A stretch of 64,000 bases of DNA from Candidatus Poseidoniales archaeon (GTDB taxonomy: Archaea; Thermoplasmatota; Poseidoniia; Poseidoniales; Poseidoniaceae). The stretch spans positions 2,534 through 66,533 of the forward strand of contig JAYODQ010000003.1 in NCBI GenBank assembly GCA_038106355.1, read 5' to 3'. The notes beneath the pieces are model-generated. The model was not told where the DNA came from, made no database searches, and was given only the letters and a program-made list of their open reading frames with translations. The position numbers and the translations under genes were made by a program. This document shows positions 1-9,031 of the stretch, piece by piece. Each line of letters opens with the position of its first letter. Positions within the stretch are counted from its first letter, which is position 1.

Positions 1-1
1 T

Positions 2-3000
2 GACACAAACAACGGATCTGCTCAGGTATGGGTCATCACAGAAGATGGTGATGGTACAACCTACACCAAGCACAACTTGCGAGCATCAGGACCCGCTGGT
101 GTAAACGAGACCCTTGTTGGTGACGCATGGTACTCAGCGACCACCAACTCTGGTACGTTTGGAGTTGGCGACAGTGCAGCACTACGATTGTACCCTGCTC
201 CACTTACCTTCGAAGACCCTAACCTTGATTGTGCAGCACTCGCTGGTAATTCGACTCTGGAACCAAATTATGTTGATACTGACGGGGACGGAGTCAAAGA
301 CACCTTCCGATTCCAAGAGACCACCATTTCGGTCCTTGAATCGTTTGAAATCGATGGATGTACTATCGTGATTGAGGGCGGTGTGCTTCGAGTGACAAGT
401 ACTTCGACCACTCAACCAGTCATCACCATCTCACAAGGTGGAGAATTGCGTCTCACCGATTCACCAGATATTACTGGACTCGATGGAACCATTGTCCGAG
501 CATCCTCATCTGCCAATCCACTTCGATTTAACATGGCTGGCGGAACCCTCAATGTCATGAACGGTTCACAAATCAAAGATTTGTATCAAGATGGAACCAC
601 AGACAGTGCATTGTATGTCGGCGACGGCTCAACCCTGAAGATGAGCAACAGTGCTACCATCTTTGGTGCTCAAGCATCCTCTGATGACATGGCAACGGTG
701 AAAATCGACGGCGGTTCTCTTGACATCGACGCTTCTACCATCCAAAACACTGGCCAAACAGGAACAGCGCTCTGGGTTGAGGCTTCAGGTGCATCCATTA
801 GTAGCATCACTGTAAAGAATGCTGCAGTAGGTATTCAATCCTACAACGGTGCCCCTCAAGTTGATGGATTTACACTCTCCAACAACGATGTTGGAATTGC
901 TGTTTACGGCGGTATGTCACTACCATCCATTTACCGAAGCACATTGTTGTCAGGTCAAAACTCTGGTTGGAAGACGTACGCAATTGATGCATCGACCTTC
1001 CTAGGAAGCGGAAACAACTACCTCCAAATTGGTGCAAACGCCATCTACGGTGGAGGTGACGCTCACCCGTACTATTCCTACAGTACATCTCACTGGTACC
1101 TTATCTTCGACCGACTCAACATTGAGTTGACAGACACATCAGGAAACAAGTGGAACGTTACCAACCCAAGCCAAATTGGATACTACCCATACAGTTCAAG
1201 CGACCCAGCGATCAGCACCTACTCCCACGTTGGAAATTACGACGGTGGAAACGGTGGTGCTCCATCATGGCATTGTAACTACTACGGCTACAACTATGGT
1301 CCAAATTACCAATACTACGACGGTTACTTCTACTACATGTATTACTATTGGCTCGGACAAGGTGTAAGCTATCCAGGTTACTACAGTGCTCCAGATAAGT
1401 TTGGATTCGACTGGGAAGACATTGGTAATGGCGTCACACCAAGTGGAACCTATGCTTACTACCCATACATGTGGTGGGGATACTACTCTCCTTCGTTCAT
1501 GTTCAGTGGTGCAAACACACCACCTGAAGGCTCGAACGGACAAGGTTCGTGGCCAGGTAACGTCGGCAACCCGCCTAGCTATGCAGCAAATGGATACCCA
1601 ACCAACTACGGTCTATGTATGACATACGCATACACTTACTACATGTCCAGCGGTCAAGGTGCTCGACTCACCTTCCCAATCGTTGACATTTCAGCAAGCA
1701 ACCTGTCCAAGGTCACCATTTACATGGACTTCCTCCACAATGGTGCAGACAACTATCAAGACCGAATGGACTTCGTTGCACGTGCAGCATCATCTGCATC
1801 CGACCTTCTCGATGAAGCATACGTTCGTGAGTCAGGTACGCCAATGTTCCAAAACGGTGAAATCACCGGCGCAGACAATGGAATCGACATCGGTGGTAAC
1901 TTCGCTGCTGCGAACTTCAAGAACATCGATGTGACCAGTCCAACAAACGCAGGTCTACTCGTTTCTGGTCAATCTAAAGGTAGTGCAGATGCAGTCAATG
2001 TGACTGGCGGAGATTACGGTGTTCTCGTTTCCACAAGTGGTTCAGGAACAATGGATTTGACCAACCTTGATTTGGACGGTCAAAACAAGGCTGGTGTCTA
2101 CTATGCAAAGGATATCAATGGCGATCTCACTGGTACCTTTGCAAACATCGGAGGTGCAGCCGTTGAATATGGTGCAAGTACATCCGCTGATGTTGAATTC
2201 TCAGATTTGTTAATCCAAGGAAACGATGTTGGTATCGAAACTGCAGGTTCCGGAAAAATTACTATCAAAGATTCGACATTCGCCAACACAAACAATGACT
2301 TCGTCATAACTGGTTCGTCAATCATCGATTTCATTGAAGGCGACTTGGTTCTCTCAAGCGTTGATGTTTCAGGCTCGGGTAAATTCAACAGAATGCGAAT
2401 TGCGAACATCACCGTAACTGCAGATTCATCTGCTGTTTCTGGAACATCTGTTGTCGTGCGTGATGGCGATGGAAAAATTCAGGGTGTTCAAACCACAGAT
2501 TCGAATGGTAAAGCATCAGGAATTACTTTCGTGACTGCATATGTGACGAGCATAGGAACTACAACCCCATCGCTCTCAGGATATACTGCCTCCACGACCG
2601 CTGAGGTTGAATACACATCCTCAACTGCTGATTTCAGATACGCTAAGGACACGCTTTCATTGGTTGATGATGCGTACAACAACGAAGAAACGGTAGACTT
2701 AGTCAATCAATTCGAAGGTCGAATTTGTTATCCTGGTTCAAGCAGTTCATTCGTCATGGTGTCGGCCTGTCGATCAGGTCTCGGTACAGGTTCGAGCCGA
2801 ACCTACAGTTCTCCTTCAGGATTTGAAGAATTCAGCTATTATCAAGGCCACTCCGGTAGTGATTTCGCTGGAAAAACCATCATGATGGATACACCATACT
2901 GGTACATGGGCTCTGGTGACCACAATTGGAATGGTACGGACCTTATCTTTACCGCATCATATGCTGGCAACCTCGCTAACTACATGTATCCGTACTACTA

Positions 3001-6000
3001 TTATGGTGAAGTTTCAGTTTGGATGAACGATGGTTCAGTCACAGCAGCAGCTGTAAGTTCCGATGGAGTCCTTAACGGAGCAAGTATGGGATACATGTAC
3101 TACGCATGGAACTTCCAAGCCAACAACACCACCTTTGATGGAATTGAAACCCTGAGTTCCGGTGTTGGATATGGATACTATTCTGACTACATGCCAGACT
3201 TCTTTGATGTGACAAACAGTACAATTACCCACTTTAAGGGATACACGCAACTCAACAACGCAATTCAAATTTCAGACATTTGTATCGTCTTGAATGGTGT
3301 TGAAGGAACTGACATCAACGACAACACCTTCAACAATTGTGGTGTTGGTGTGTTCTCACAACGTTCAGGATACTATTACACTCACTCCTCGAGTGAAATT
3401 GGTTCAGACAACTTGACCATCAACCGAAACACATTCAACGATGGTGGAGAAATTGCAGACATTTGGCTCTACACGACCAACGAAATCCAAGGTGCAGAAA
3501 TTGACGGAAATACGTTCCACACCACTGCAGGTGGTTCGGCGATATCTGTCTATCCAGGTAACACAAAGGATGTTGACATCACCAACAACGACATTAACGG
3601 TGGTGGAGATGACCTCATCTTCCTGTACCAAACCCACAACTTCAATGTTTCAGGCAACGATATTACTGGTATCACTCAACAAGATGAAACCACTGGTATT
3701 TACACCTACCAAGGTAGTGGAAGTGTGACTGACAACACCATCACTGACGCTGAATACTCCGGTATTTACATGGAACAAATCAGTACACCACCTGCAAGTG
3801 GCAATTCACTCTGTAGCATCGGTCGAACTGACTACCGATATAGCGACACCTGTGATTGGAACTTGGGAAGTGGAAAGAAGGCAACCCTCGGTCTTGACAC
3901 CGACAGTTGGGGTTACGAGATCAGCATCGCTGTTGTTCTCAACAACACCACCGTGGTTAACTCTTGGTCAACCTACACCTTCAACAGCAATGCTGGATAC
4001 CACCCGCTTGCAACCTACACCACACCAGGATACTACAAGCTGTATGTCAACGATTCATACGGGGATGGTGGTGCAACCATTGAGGTCACAGAAACCTCAT
4101 CCACTGCATCCACTGCATCCGACGCTGTCATTTCAGGAAACACCATTGGTTTGTCAACTGGTCGACAGGCACCTTCTGCGGTCGGAATGACCCTAGCAGA
4201 TTGTGATTCGATTGCGATTGCTTCGAGTTCAAACACAATTACCCTCGAAGACAATGCTATGGTGATCGATGATTGTGATGTGAGTGACGTCGGTTCTGTA
4301 CTGACCGGTGCAGGAGCCAGTGGTACCACTGGTATCTTCTCTGACTCAGCATACAATGGACTTGTCTTGAACGGAACAACCATCTCCGGATACGATACTG
4401 GTGTTCACAAGGAACTCGGTGTCCTCACCCTCAAGGGTGATGCCGACATCACGGGTGACGAGTACGGTATCTACACCGATGATGTTGATGTCATCTCCCT
4501 TGGTGCAAGTGTTGATGCAGATGACACCGATGGTGTTGCACTCTACTTGCTCAACAGCGATGACACCTGGATTTACCCACTCGATGTCGACGGAAACATT
4601 GGTGTGTTTGCAAACAACTCAGTCTTCCGATGGGACAACCTCGGAACTGGTGTATCAGATGCAACAACTGCACTCAAGACCGAAGACTCAACAGGTTCCA
4701 TCGAGAACATGACCTTCGGTAGCACAACCACGTACCAAATCGATGCTGGAAGCAATTCCCATATCACATCCATTGGTCATACGCTCAACTCTGGTGAGTT
4801 GATGGTTCATTCCACCGCAGTGATTGACGAGGCAAACTTGTTCAACATTGAAACCACTCATCTTGGTGCAGCACCAACAAACGATGTGGCATTGATGATC
4901 ATGTCAAGTGACAACAGCCGTGCATCCTATGTTTCAACATCCTTCCAACCAGAAGTCATGAACATTGATGGTTCAACTGACGACTGGTTTGGCGGAAATG
5001 AACTCAACCCAGCAGGATATGCCATGCCAGGTAACATGAGCGGTGATGGAACAGACAACATGTATGTCACATACAATGTTGCAGACAGCCTCTATGTTGG
5101 TTTGACTGGTGTCGACCTCAGCAGTGCAGATGTTCTCATCTACCTCAGTGTTGACGGTAGTGGCTCAAGCACAGGTTACAACGGAATGGGTGGATCACAC
5201 GACCTACCATTCAGTGCAAACTACGTGCTCTGGGCAGACAGTACCACCTCCTTTGATTTGTACAGTTATGGATTCCTTGGATGGGGACCAAGTTCACTCA
5301 GCACTGAATCCGTCGGAGCTGCACAAGGAACTGAAATCCTCGAATTCGAGATTCCATTCAGCCGAATCGGTGGTACGCCAGATGCAGTTGACATCATCGC
5401 AATCGTTCAAGCAGAAACTTCAGCAGACGTAAGCACTGTTCACCCAACTCAAACCATCGATTCTGCTCAAACAGCACAATCCTTTGAGAAATACGTGAGC
5501 GTTGAACTCAAGCACGGTGACCTCAACAGTGGTTCACTCTATGATGAAGTTCTTGTGTATCAATCCTACAAGGGATCAACCACACCTTCAGGTGCAACTG
5601 ATTACAACGTCATGGTCATGACAGATGCTGACTGTGCTATCGATTGGACAGTCGTCTCTGATGTCTCACTTGCAAACAACGTCTACCTCACATCAAGTGG
5701 AACAGGTGTTGTGAACATCGCAAGAGCATGTCCAGTGATTCAAACCACACTCACTGACATCTCCATCCTTGAGGACTACGATACTGATTCAGACGGTTCA
5801 ATCGATACCTACTCATTCAGTTTGACCGACCTCGCAGACGATGTGCAAGATGAAGAGAGCACACTCACTTGGCAAGTTGATGATTCAAACCTCGATGCTT
5901 ACGACAATGTCTTGTTGGGATACTCACTCAACGGCCAGACATTCTCCGTCGTTCCTGTCGAAGATGCATTCGGTACCATTGAATTCACATTCAATGTCAC

Positions 6001-8221
6001 TGACAGCAATGGACTCATGGACGAGAAGACCATTGTCTTCACCATCGAGAACGTCAACGACCCACCAGTGATTTGTAACGTCAATGAAGTTGATTGTATG
6101 CCTATCTTCTCAACCGATGACGGATTTGACAACATCCTTCCAGAAGGATTTGGTGTCCACAAGAAGTACCTCGGTGCTCTTGCAAACCAATCACAATCCT
6201 ACATCCGAGATAAGGCAAACGAGCAAGTTCCATACCGACAATCGTACTCATGGGCTGCTTCAGTCCCATCATCATGTACAGCGTTCGGTGTTGCAATCGA
6301 CGGATATGAACTCGTCATTACTGAAAACACCAGCAACGAACTTGGTGGTGCTTGTGATGTCACCCTCGTTGTGACTGACAATGGAACGGAGAACCAAGAC
6401 TCCATTCCATTCGATGTGACCTTCTCGGTCTCACCAGTCAACGATGCACCAGTCATTCTTGACTGGGACCGACAGAACGAAGTGGTGATGAAGGCAGACA
6501 ATGGATCGATTCCAAACGTTCCATGGATGCTCACCTTGATGGAAGATGACACAAGTGCAAGCAACTTGACCTACGACCTTTCTGCAATCAAGTACGACAT
6601 TGACCACAACCTCGGTGACCTCTACTGGACAGTCGAATCTACCGACCAATGTGACTACGAGAACTACTTCACGACAACCATCTCAGGTGATGACCTCATC
6701 TTCGATCTCGTCCCAGATGCAACAACCAACGCAAGAATTTGGGAAATTGATTACCTCAACGACAACGGTATTCACCAGACTCCACCTGTTGGTTCAGAGT
6801 TCTGTCAAATCAGACTCGTGCTTCGAGACACATTGAACGCACCATCCTATGTGCCAAACTATGACACTTCGATTATGCCAATTGCAAACTATCAGCAAGG
6901 CATGGTCACAAAGGAGATTGGTGTCCGTGTTGACAACGTTCCAGAACTTGTCCCTGACTACTACTTCGCATCCGACTCTGGATTTAGCTGGAACGGTATT
7001 ACATCGGTCATGACCGGTACCTACCTCCCAGTGACTGTCACAGTCGGTGGCGGCGGTGACGAAGGTCCATACACCTACGACCACATGCTCAAGGTGACCT
7101 TCCATTCAGATGGTCACACCGAATCTGAAACTGCACGATACTACACTGTGCCAGATTATGGTGGCGAGATTTCAATCACAGATTACGTGTACATCACTCG
7201 TGATACCACTGAAGTTTGGGTTGAAATGGATGTCTTGACATGTCTCTCGAACCCATGTGACTTGACAGCGACCATCGACACAAGATTCCAGATCGACGAG
7301 CCAGGTTCACACCGAGCAACCAACAGCGGTCTACAAGGCGAAATGTGGTCCAAGCCAGGTCAATACGGTTCCAATGGAACAGCGACCTCACAACGACGAC
7401 CACTCCTTGAAGACAGCAACTGGTGTAACAACGTCATGTCAACCGATGCAACCGCTGACATCTGCAACCATGCGAACCAACCAGCAAGCGAATTCCTCGC
7501 AACCAACCAATCCCTCCCAATCGTGGTAGGTCAAATTGGTGCATCTGCGGTTCCATCGTTTGCTCCAAGTATTATTGCAGTCGCACTTGCAGGATTGTTT
7601 GTCAGTGCTCTCTCCTTCACATCTCGCCGAGATGAAGACGAAGAAGAAGTTGTGAAGACCATGTCTGACGACGAAGGTGCTGTGAGCCCAGTGATCGCTA
7701 CCATTCTGATGGTTGCTATCACCGTGGTTCTCTCTGGTGTCATTTACGTGTGGGCATCAAGCCTCGCTGAAACCGATGTGAAAGGCGTCCCTCGAGTGAC
7801 CTTCACCATTGAAGACCACGACGGCGGAGACCCAGACAACGGACACTGGAGAATCACCGTTGGCCAAACTGAAACTGACCTTGCAACCCAAGCGGTCATT
7901 GTCAGAGTCATGTATGCCAACGCAAGTGGTGGATTGGTGACCTTCAATGCGAACCTCGCAGACAGCAACGGCGTCTATGGTTTCAACCCTGAAAACAGTG
8001 ATGCATTCGTCACGTTCGTCGATTCAACACTACGTCTTGAAGGAACTTCATACAAGTCAACCTTCAGTGCTGGTGACACAATCTTCATTCGAACACATGA
8101 TGCAGAAGGAACTCCTCTCGTCGATGCAAGAATTGACTTGATCTATCAACCAAATCTTGCTGGTGCTCAGGGAACTCTTCTCAAATCCTACAGCGACTTG
8201 TCATACAACAAGGCTGCTTGA
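2..8221 (+). CDS. Giant surface protein, 5' end cut by the window edge (at least 2739 aa). Contains parallel beta-helix-type repeats, Tyr/Gly-rich low-complexity blocks, cadherin-like repeats and a C-terminal TM anchor, followed in frame by a pilin-like module.
   Basis: Frame 2 is open from nt 2 (no stop upstream of the listed TTG at 77) to TGA at 8219-8221. Beta-helix-like turns recur (NNDVGIAVYGG, GNDVGIETAGSG, NNCGVGVFS, INGGGDDLIFL). VNDPPVI (~6052-6072) and VNDAPVI (~6438-6458) look like cadherin/Ig-type repeat boundaries. N-x-S/T sequons are dense. A hydrophobic helix IIAVALAGLFVSALSF (~7570-7620) is followed by RRDEDEEE. Confidence 0.85.
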   Translation, partial: DTNNGSAQVWVITEDGDGTTYTKHNLRASGPAGVNETLVGDAWYSATTNSGTFGVGDSAALRLYPAPLTFEDPNLDCAALAGNSTLEPNYVDTDGDGVKDTFRFQETTISVLESFEIDGCTIVIEGGVLRVTSTSTTQPVITISQGGELRLTDSPDITGLDGTIVRASSSANPLRFNMAGGTLNVMNGSQIKDLYQDGTTDSALYVGDGSTLKMSNSATIFGAQASSDDMATVKIDGGSLDIDASTIQNTGQTGTALWVEASGASISSITVKNAAVGIQSYNGAPQVDGFTLSNNDVGIAVYGGMSLPSIYRSTLLSGQNSGWKTYAIDASTFLGSGNNYLQIGANAIYGGGDAHPYYSYSTSHWYLIFDRLNIELTDTSGNKWNVTNPSQIGYYPYSSSDPAISTYSHVGNYDGGNGGAPSWHCNYYGYNYGPNYQYYDGYFYYMYYYWLGQGVSYPGYYSAPDKFGFDWEDIGNGVTPSGTYAYYPYMWWGYYSPSFMFSGANTPPEGSNGQGSWPGNVGNPPSYAANGYPTNYGLCMTYAYTYYMSSGQGARLTFPIVDISASNLSKVTIYMDFLHNGADNYQDRMDFVARAASSASDLLDEAYVRESGTPMFQNGEITGADNGIDIGGNFAAANFKNIDVTSPTNAGLLVSGQSKGSADAVNVTGGDYGVLVSTSGSGTMDLTNLDLDGQNKAGVYYAKDINGDLTGTFANIGGAAVEYGASTSADVEFSDLLIQGNDVGIETAGSGKITIKDSTFANTNNDFVITGSSIIDFIEGDLVLSSVDVSGSGKFNRMRIANITVTADSSAVSGTSVVVRDGDGKIQGVQTTDSNGKASGITFVTAYVTSIGTTTPSLSGYTASTTAEVEYTSSTADFRYAKDTLSLVDDAYNNEETVDLVNQFEGRICYPGSSSSFVMVSACRSGLGTGSSRTYSSPSGFEEFSYYQGHSGSDFAGKTIMMDTPYWYMGSGDHNWNGTDLIFTASYAGNLANYMYPYYYYGEVSVWMNDGSVTAAAVSSDGVLNGASMGYMYYAWNFQANNTTFDGIETLSSGVGYGYYSDYMPDFFDVTNSTITHFKGYTQLNNAIQISDICIVLNGVEGTDINDNTFNNCGVGVFSQRSGYYYTHSSSEIGSDNLTINRNTFNDGGEIADIWLYTTNEIQGAEIDGNTFHTTAGGSAISVYPGNTKDVDITNNDINGGGDDLIFLYQTHNFNVSGNDITGITQQDETTGIYTYQGSGSVTDNTITDAEYSGIYMEQISTPPASGNSLCSIGRTDYRYSDTCDWNLGSGKKATLGLDTDSWGYEISIAVVLNNTTVVNSWSTYTFNSNAGYHPLATYTTPGYYKLYVNDSYGDGGATIEVTETSSTASTASDAVISGNTIGLSTGRQAPSAVGMTLADCDSIAIASSSNTITLEDNAMVIDDCDVSDVGSVLTGAGASGTTGIFSDSAYNGLVLNGTTISGYDTGVHKELGVLTLKGDADITGDEYGIYTDDVDVISLGASVDADDTDGVALYLLNSDDTWIYPLDVDGNIGVFANNSVFRWDNLGTGVSDATTALKTEDSTGSIENMTFGSTTTYQIDAGSNSHITSIGHTLNSGELMVHSTAVIDEANLFNIETTHLGAAPTNDVALMIMSSDNSRASYVSTSFQPEVMNIDGSTDDWFGGNELNPAGYAMPGNMSGDGTDNMYVTYNVADSLYVGLTGVDLSSADVLIYLSVDGSGSSTGYNGMGGSHDLPFSANYVLWADSTTSFDLYSYGFLGWGPSSLSTESVGAAQGTEILEFEIPFSRIGGTPDAVDIIAIVQAETSADVSTVHPTQTIDSAQTAQSFEKYVSVELKHGDLNSGSLYDEVLVYQSYKGSTTPSGATDYNVMVMTDADCAIDWTVVSDVSLANNVYLTSSGTGVVNIARACPVIQTTLTDISILEDYDTDSDGSIDTYSFSLTDLADDVQDEESTLTWQVDDSNLDAYDNVLLGYSLNGQTFSVVPVEDAFGTIEFTFNVTDSNGLMDEKTIVFTIENVNDPPVICNVNEVDCMPIFSTDDGFDNILPEGFGVHKKYLGALANQSQSYIRDKANEQVPYRQSYSWAASVPSSCTAFGVAIDGYELVITENTSNELGGACDVTLVVTDNGTENQDSIPFDVTFSVSPVNDAPVILDWDRQNEVVMKADNGSIPNVPWMLTLMEDDTSASNLTYDLSAIKYDIDHNLGDLYWTVESTDQCDYENYFTTTISGDDLIFDLVPDATTNARIWEIDYLNDNGIHQTPPVGSEFCQIRLVLRDTLNAPSYVPNYDTSIMPIANYQQGMVTKEIGVRVDNVPELVPDYYFASDSGFSWNGITSVMTGTYLPVTVTVGGGGDEGPYTYDHMLKVTFHSDGHTESETARYYTVPDYGGEISITDYVYITRDTTEVWVEMDVLTCLSNPCDLTATIDTRFQIDEPGSHRATNSGLQGEMWSKPGQYGSNGTATSQRRPLLEDSNWCNNVMSTDATADICNHANQPASEFLATNQSLPIVVGQIGASAVPSFAPSIIAVALAGLFVSALSFTSRRDEDEEEVVKTMSDDEGAVSPVIATILMVAITVVLSGVIYVWASSLAETDVKGVPRVTFTIEDHDGGDPDNGHWRITVGQTETDLATQAVIVRVMYANASGGLVTFNANLADSNGVYGFNPENSDAFVTFVDSTLRLEGTSYKSTFSAGDTIFIRTHDAEGTPLVDARIDLIYQPNLAGAQGTLLKSYSDLSYNKAA
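7661..8221 (+). other. Archaeal type IV pilin-like module (class III signal peptide plus ~160 aa domain), in frame with the giant ORF. It may be a separate gene starting at the internal ATG at 7661.
   Basis: The translation reads MSDDEG|AVSPVIATILMVAITVVLSGVIYVWASSL. The (G/A)VSPVI(A/G)xILMVAITVVL pattern is the conserved N-terminus of archaeal pilin/DUF1628-type proteins. Gly is at 7676-7678 and Ala at 7679-7681. No stop codon separates it from the upstream TM anchor. Confidence 0.6.
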
Positions 8222-8250
8222 AGATTCTGAAGAAGTCAATGCTTTGCCTT

Positions 8251-8293
8251 CGAACCACACCGTGGTTCGGGTTGGAGGTGTAGCGTATGCTAC
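8251..8293 (+). terminator. Two small hairpins 30-70 nt downstream of the giant ORF stop (candidate terminator or RNA structure).
   Basis: cgaaccac-acc-gtggttcg is a perfect 8-bp stem (8251-8269). gtagc-gtat-gctac is a 5-bp stem (8280-8293). No long T-tract follows, so terminator function is uncertain. Confidence 0.25.
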
Positions 8294-8347
8294 GCGTTCA
8301 ATCTGTTGGAGCGTGAATGCTTTGAATGTCGTGCGGTTGGGCTGTAC

Positions 8348-9031
8348 ATGGAGTTGACAAAACCAAAAGTCGTCGTCTTTGACTGCGATGGTGTGCTTGT
8401 TGATTCTGTAAGCTCTTGGAAGACTCTCCACGATCATTTCGGTACGGACAACAATGCGAACCTTCATCGGTTTATCCGTGGCGAGATTAGCGATGTAGAA
8501 TTCATGCAACTTGACATCCAACTTTGGAAATCTGTGCAGGATGAAATCCATCAGGATGATTTGTTTCGAGCCTATGCTGGAATCAAATTAATGGCAGGAG
8601 CACGTGAGACCATATCTGTTCTCAAGGAACATGGTATCTTTGTTGCCATCGTCAGCGCTGGTGTCGATATCTTTGTGCAATCGATTGCCGGAATGCTCAA
8701 GGTCGATGACTGGATTGCGAATGGACTTGAATTCAACGATGATGGCTTCTTGGCAAACGATGGAGTATGCAGACTCCACGCTTCAAAGAAAGGTGTGATC
8801 GTTGAGAAATTGCTCAACATGCACGGCTTTGAAGCACACGAATGCGTAAGCGTTGGTGATTCAGAAATGGACCTATCAATGCAAATCGAAGGGAGTCATT
8901 TCATTGGGTTTTGCCCAACGAGAGAGAGTTCAAGACAGGCATTTGAAGCGTTGGAGATCCCAATTGTGACACAAAAGAACTTGACGGCGATTCTGCCCAT
9001 TCTTGGATTTGAATCAAGCGAAGGGAATTGA
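8348..9031 (+). CDS. HAD-superfamily hydrolase, phosphoserine phosphatase-like (HAD-IB).
   Basis: HAD motif I is VVVFDCDGVLVD, motif II is VSAGV, and motifs III/IV are KKG...VGDSEMDL. ATG at 8348 is preferred over the upstream listed start at 8306. Confidence 0.7.
   Translation: MELTKPKVVVFDCDGVLVDSVSSWKTLHDHFGTDNNANLHRFIRGEISDVEFMQLDIQLWKSVQDEIHQDDLFRAYAGIKLMAGARETISVLKEHGIFVAIVSAGVDIFVQSIAGMLKVDDWIANGLEFNDDGFLANDGVCRLHASKKGVIVEKLLNMHGFEAHECVSVGDSEMDLSMQIEGSHFIGFCPTRESSRQAFEALEIPIVTQKNLTAILPILGFESSEGN

Noticed and set aside
4100-4120. A 9-nt tandem repeat, TCCACTGCA x2.3 (encoding STASTAS), in the giant ORF. Also the NSSGNSSGNSSGNNSS run at ~56180-56230.
   Set aside because: Both are very short, in frame, and low-complexity Ser/Thr linker coding. 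There is no evidence of a phase-variation function.
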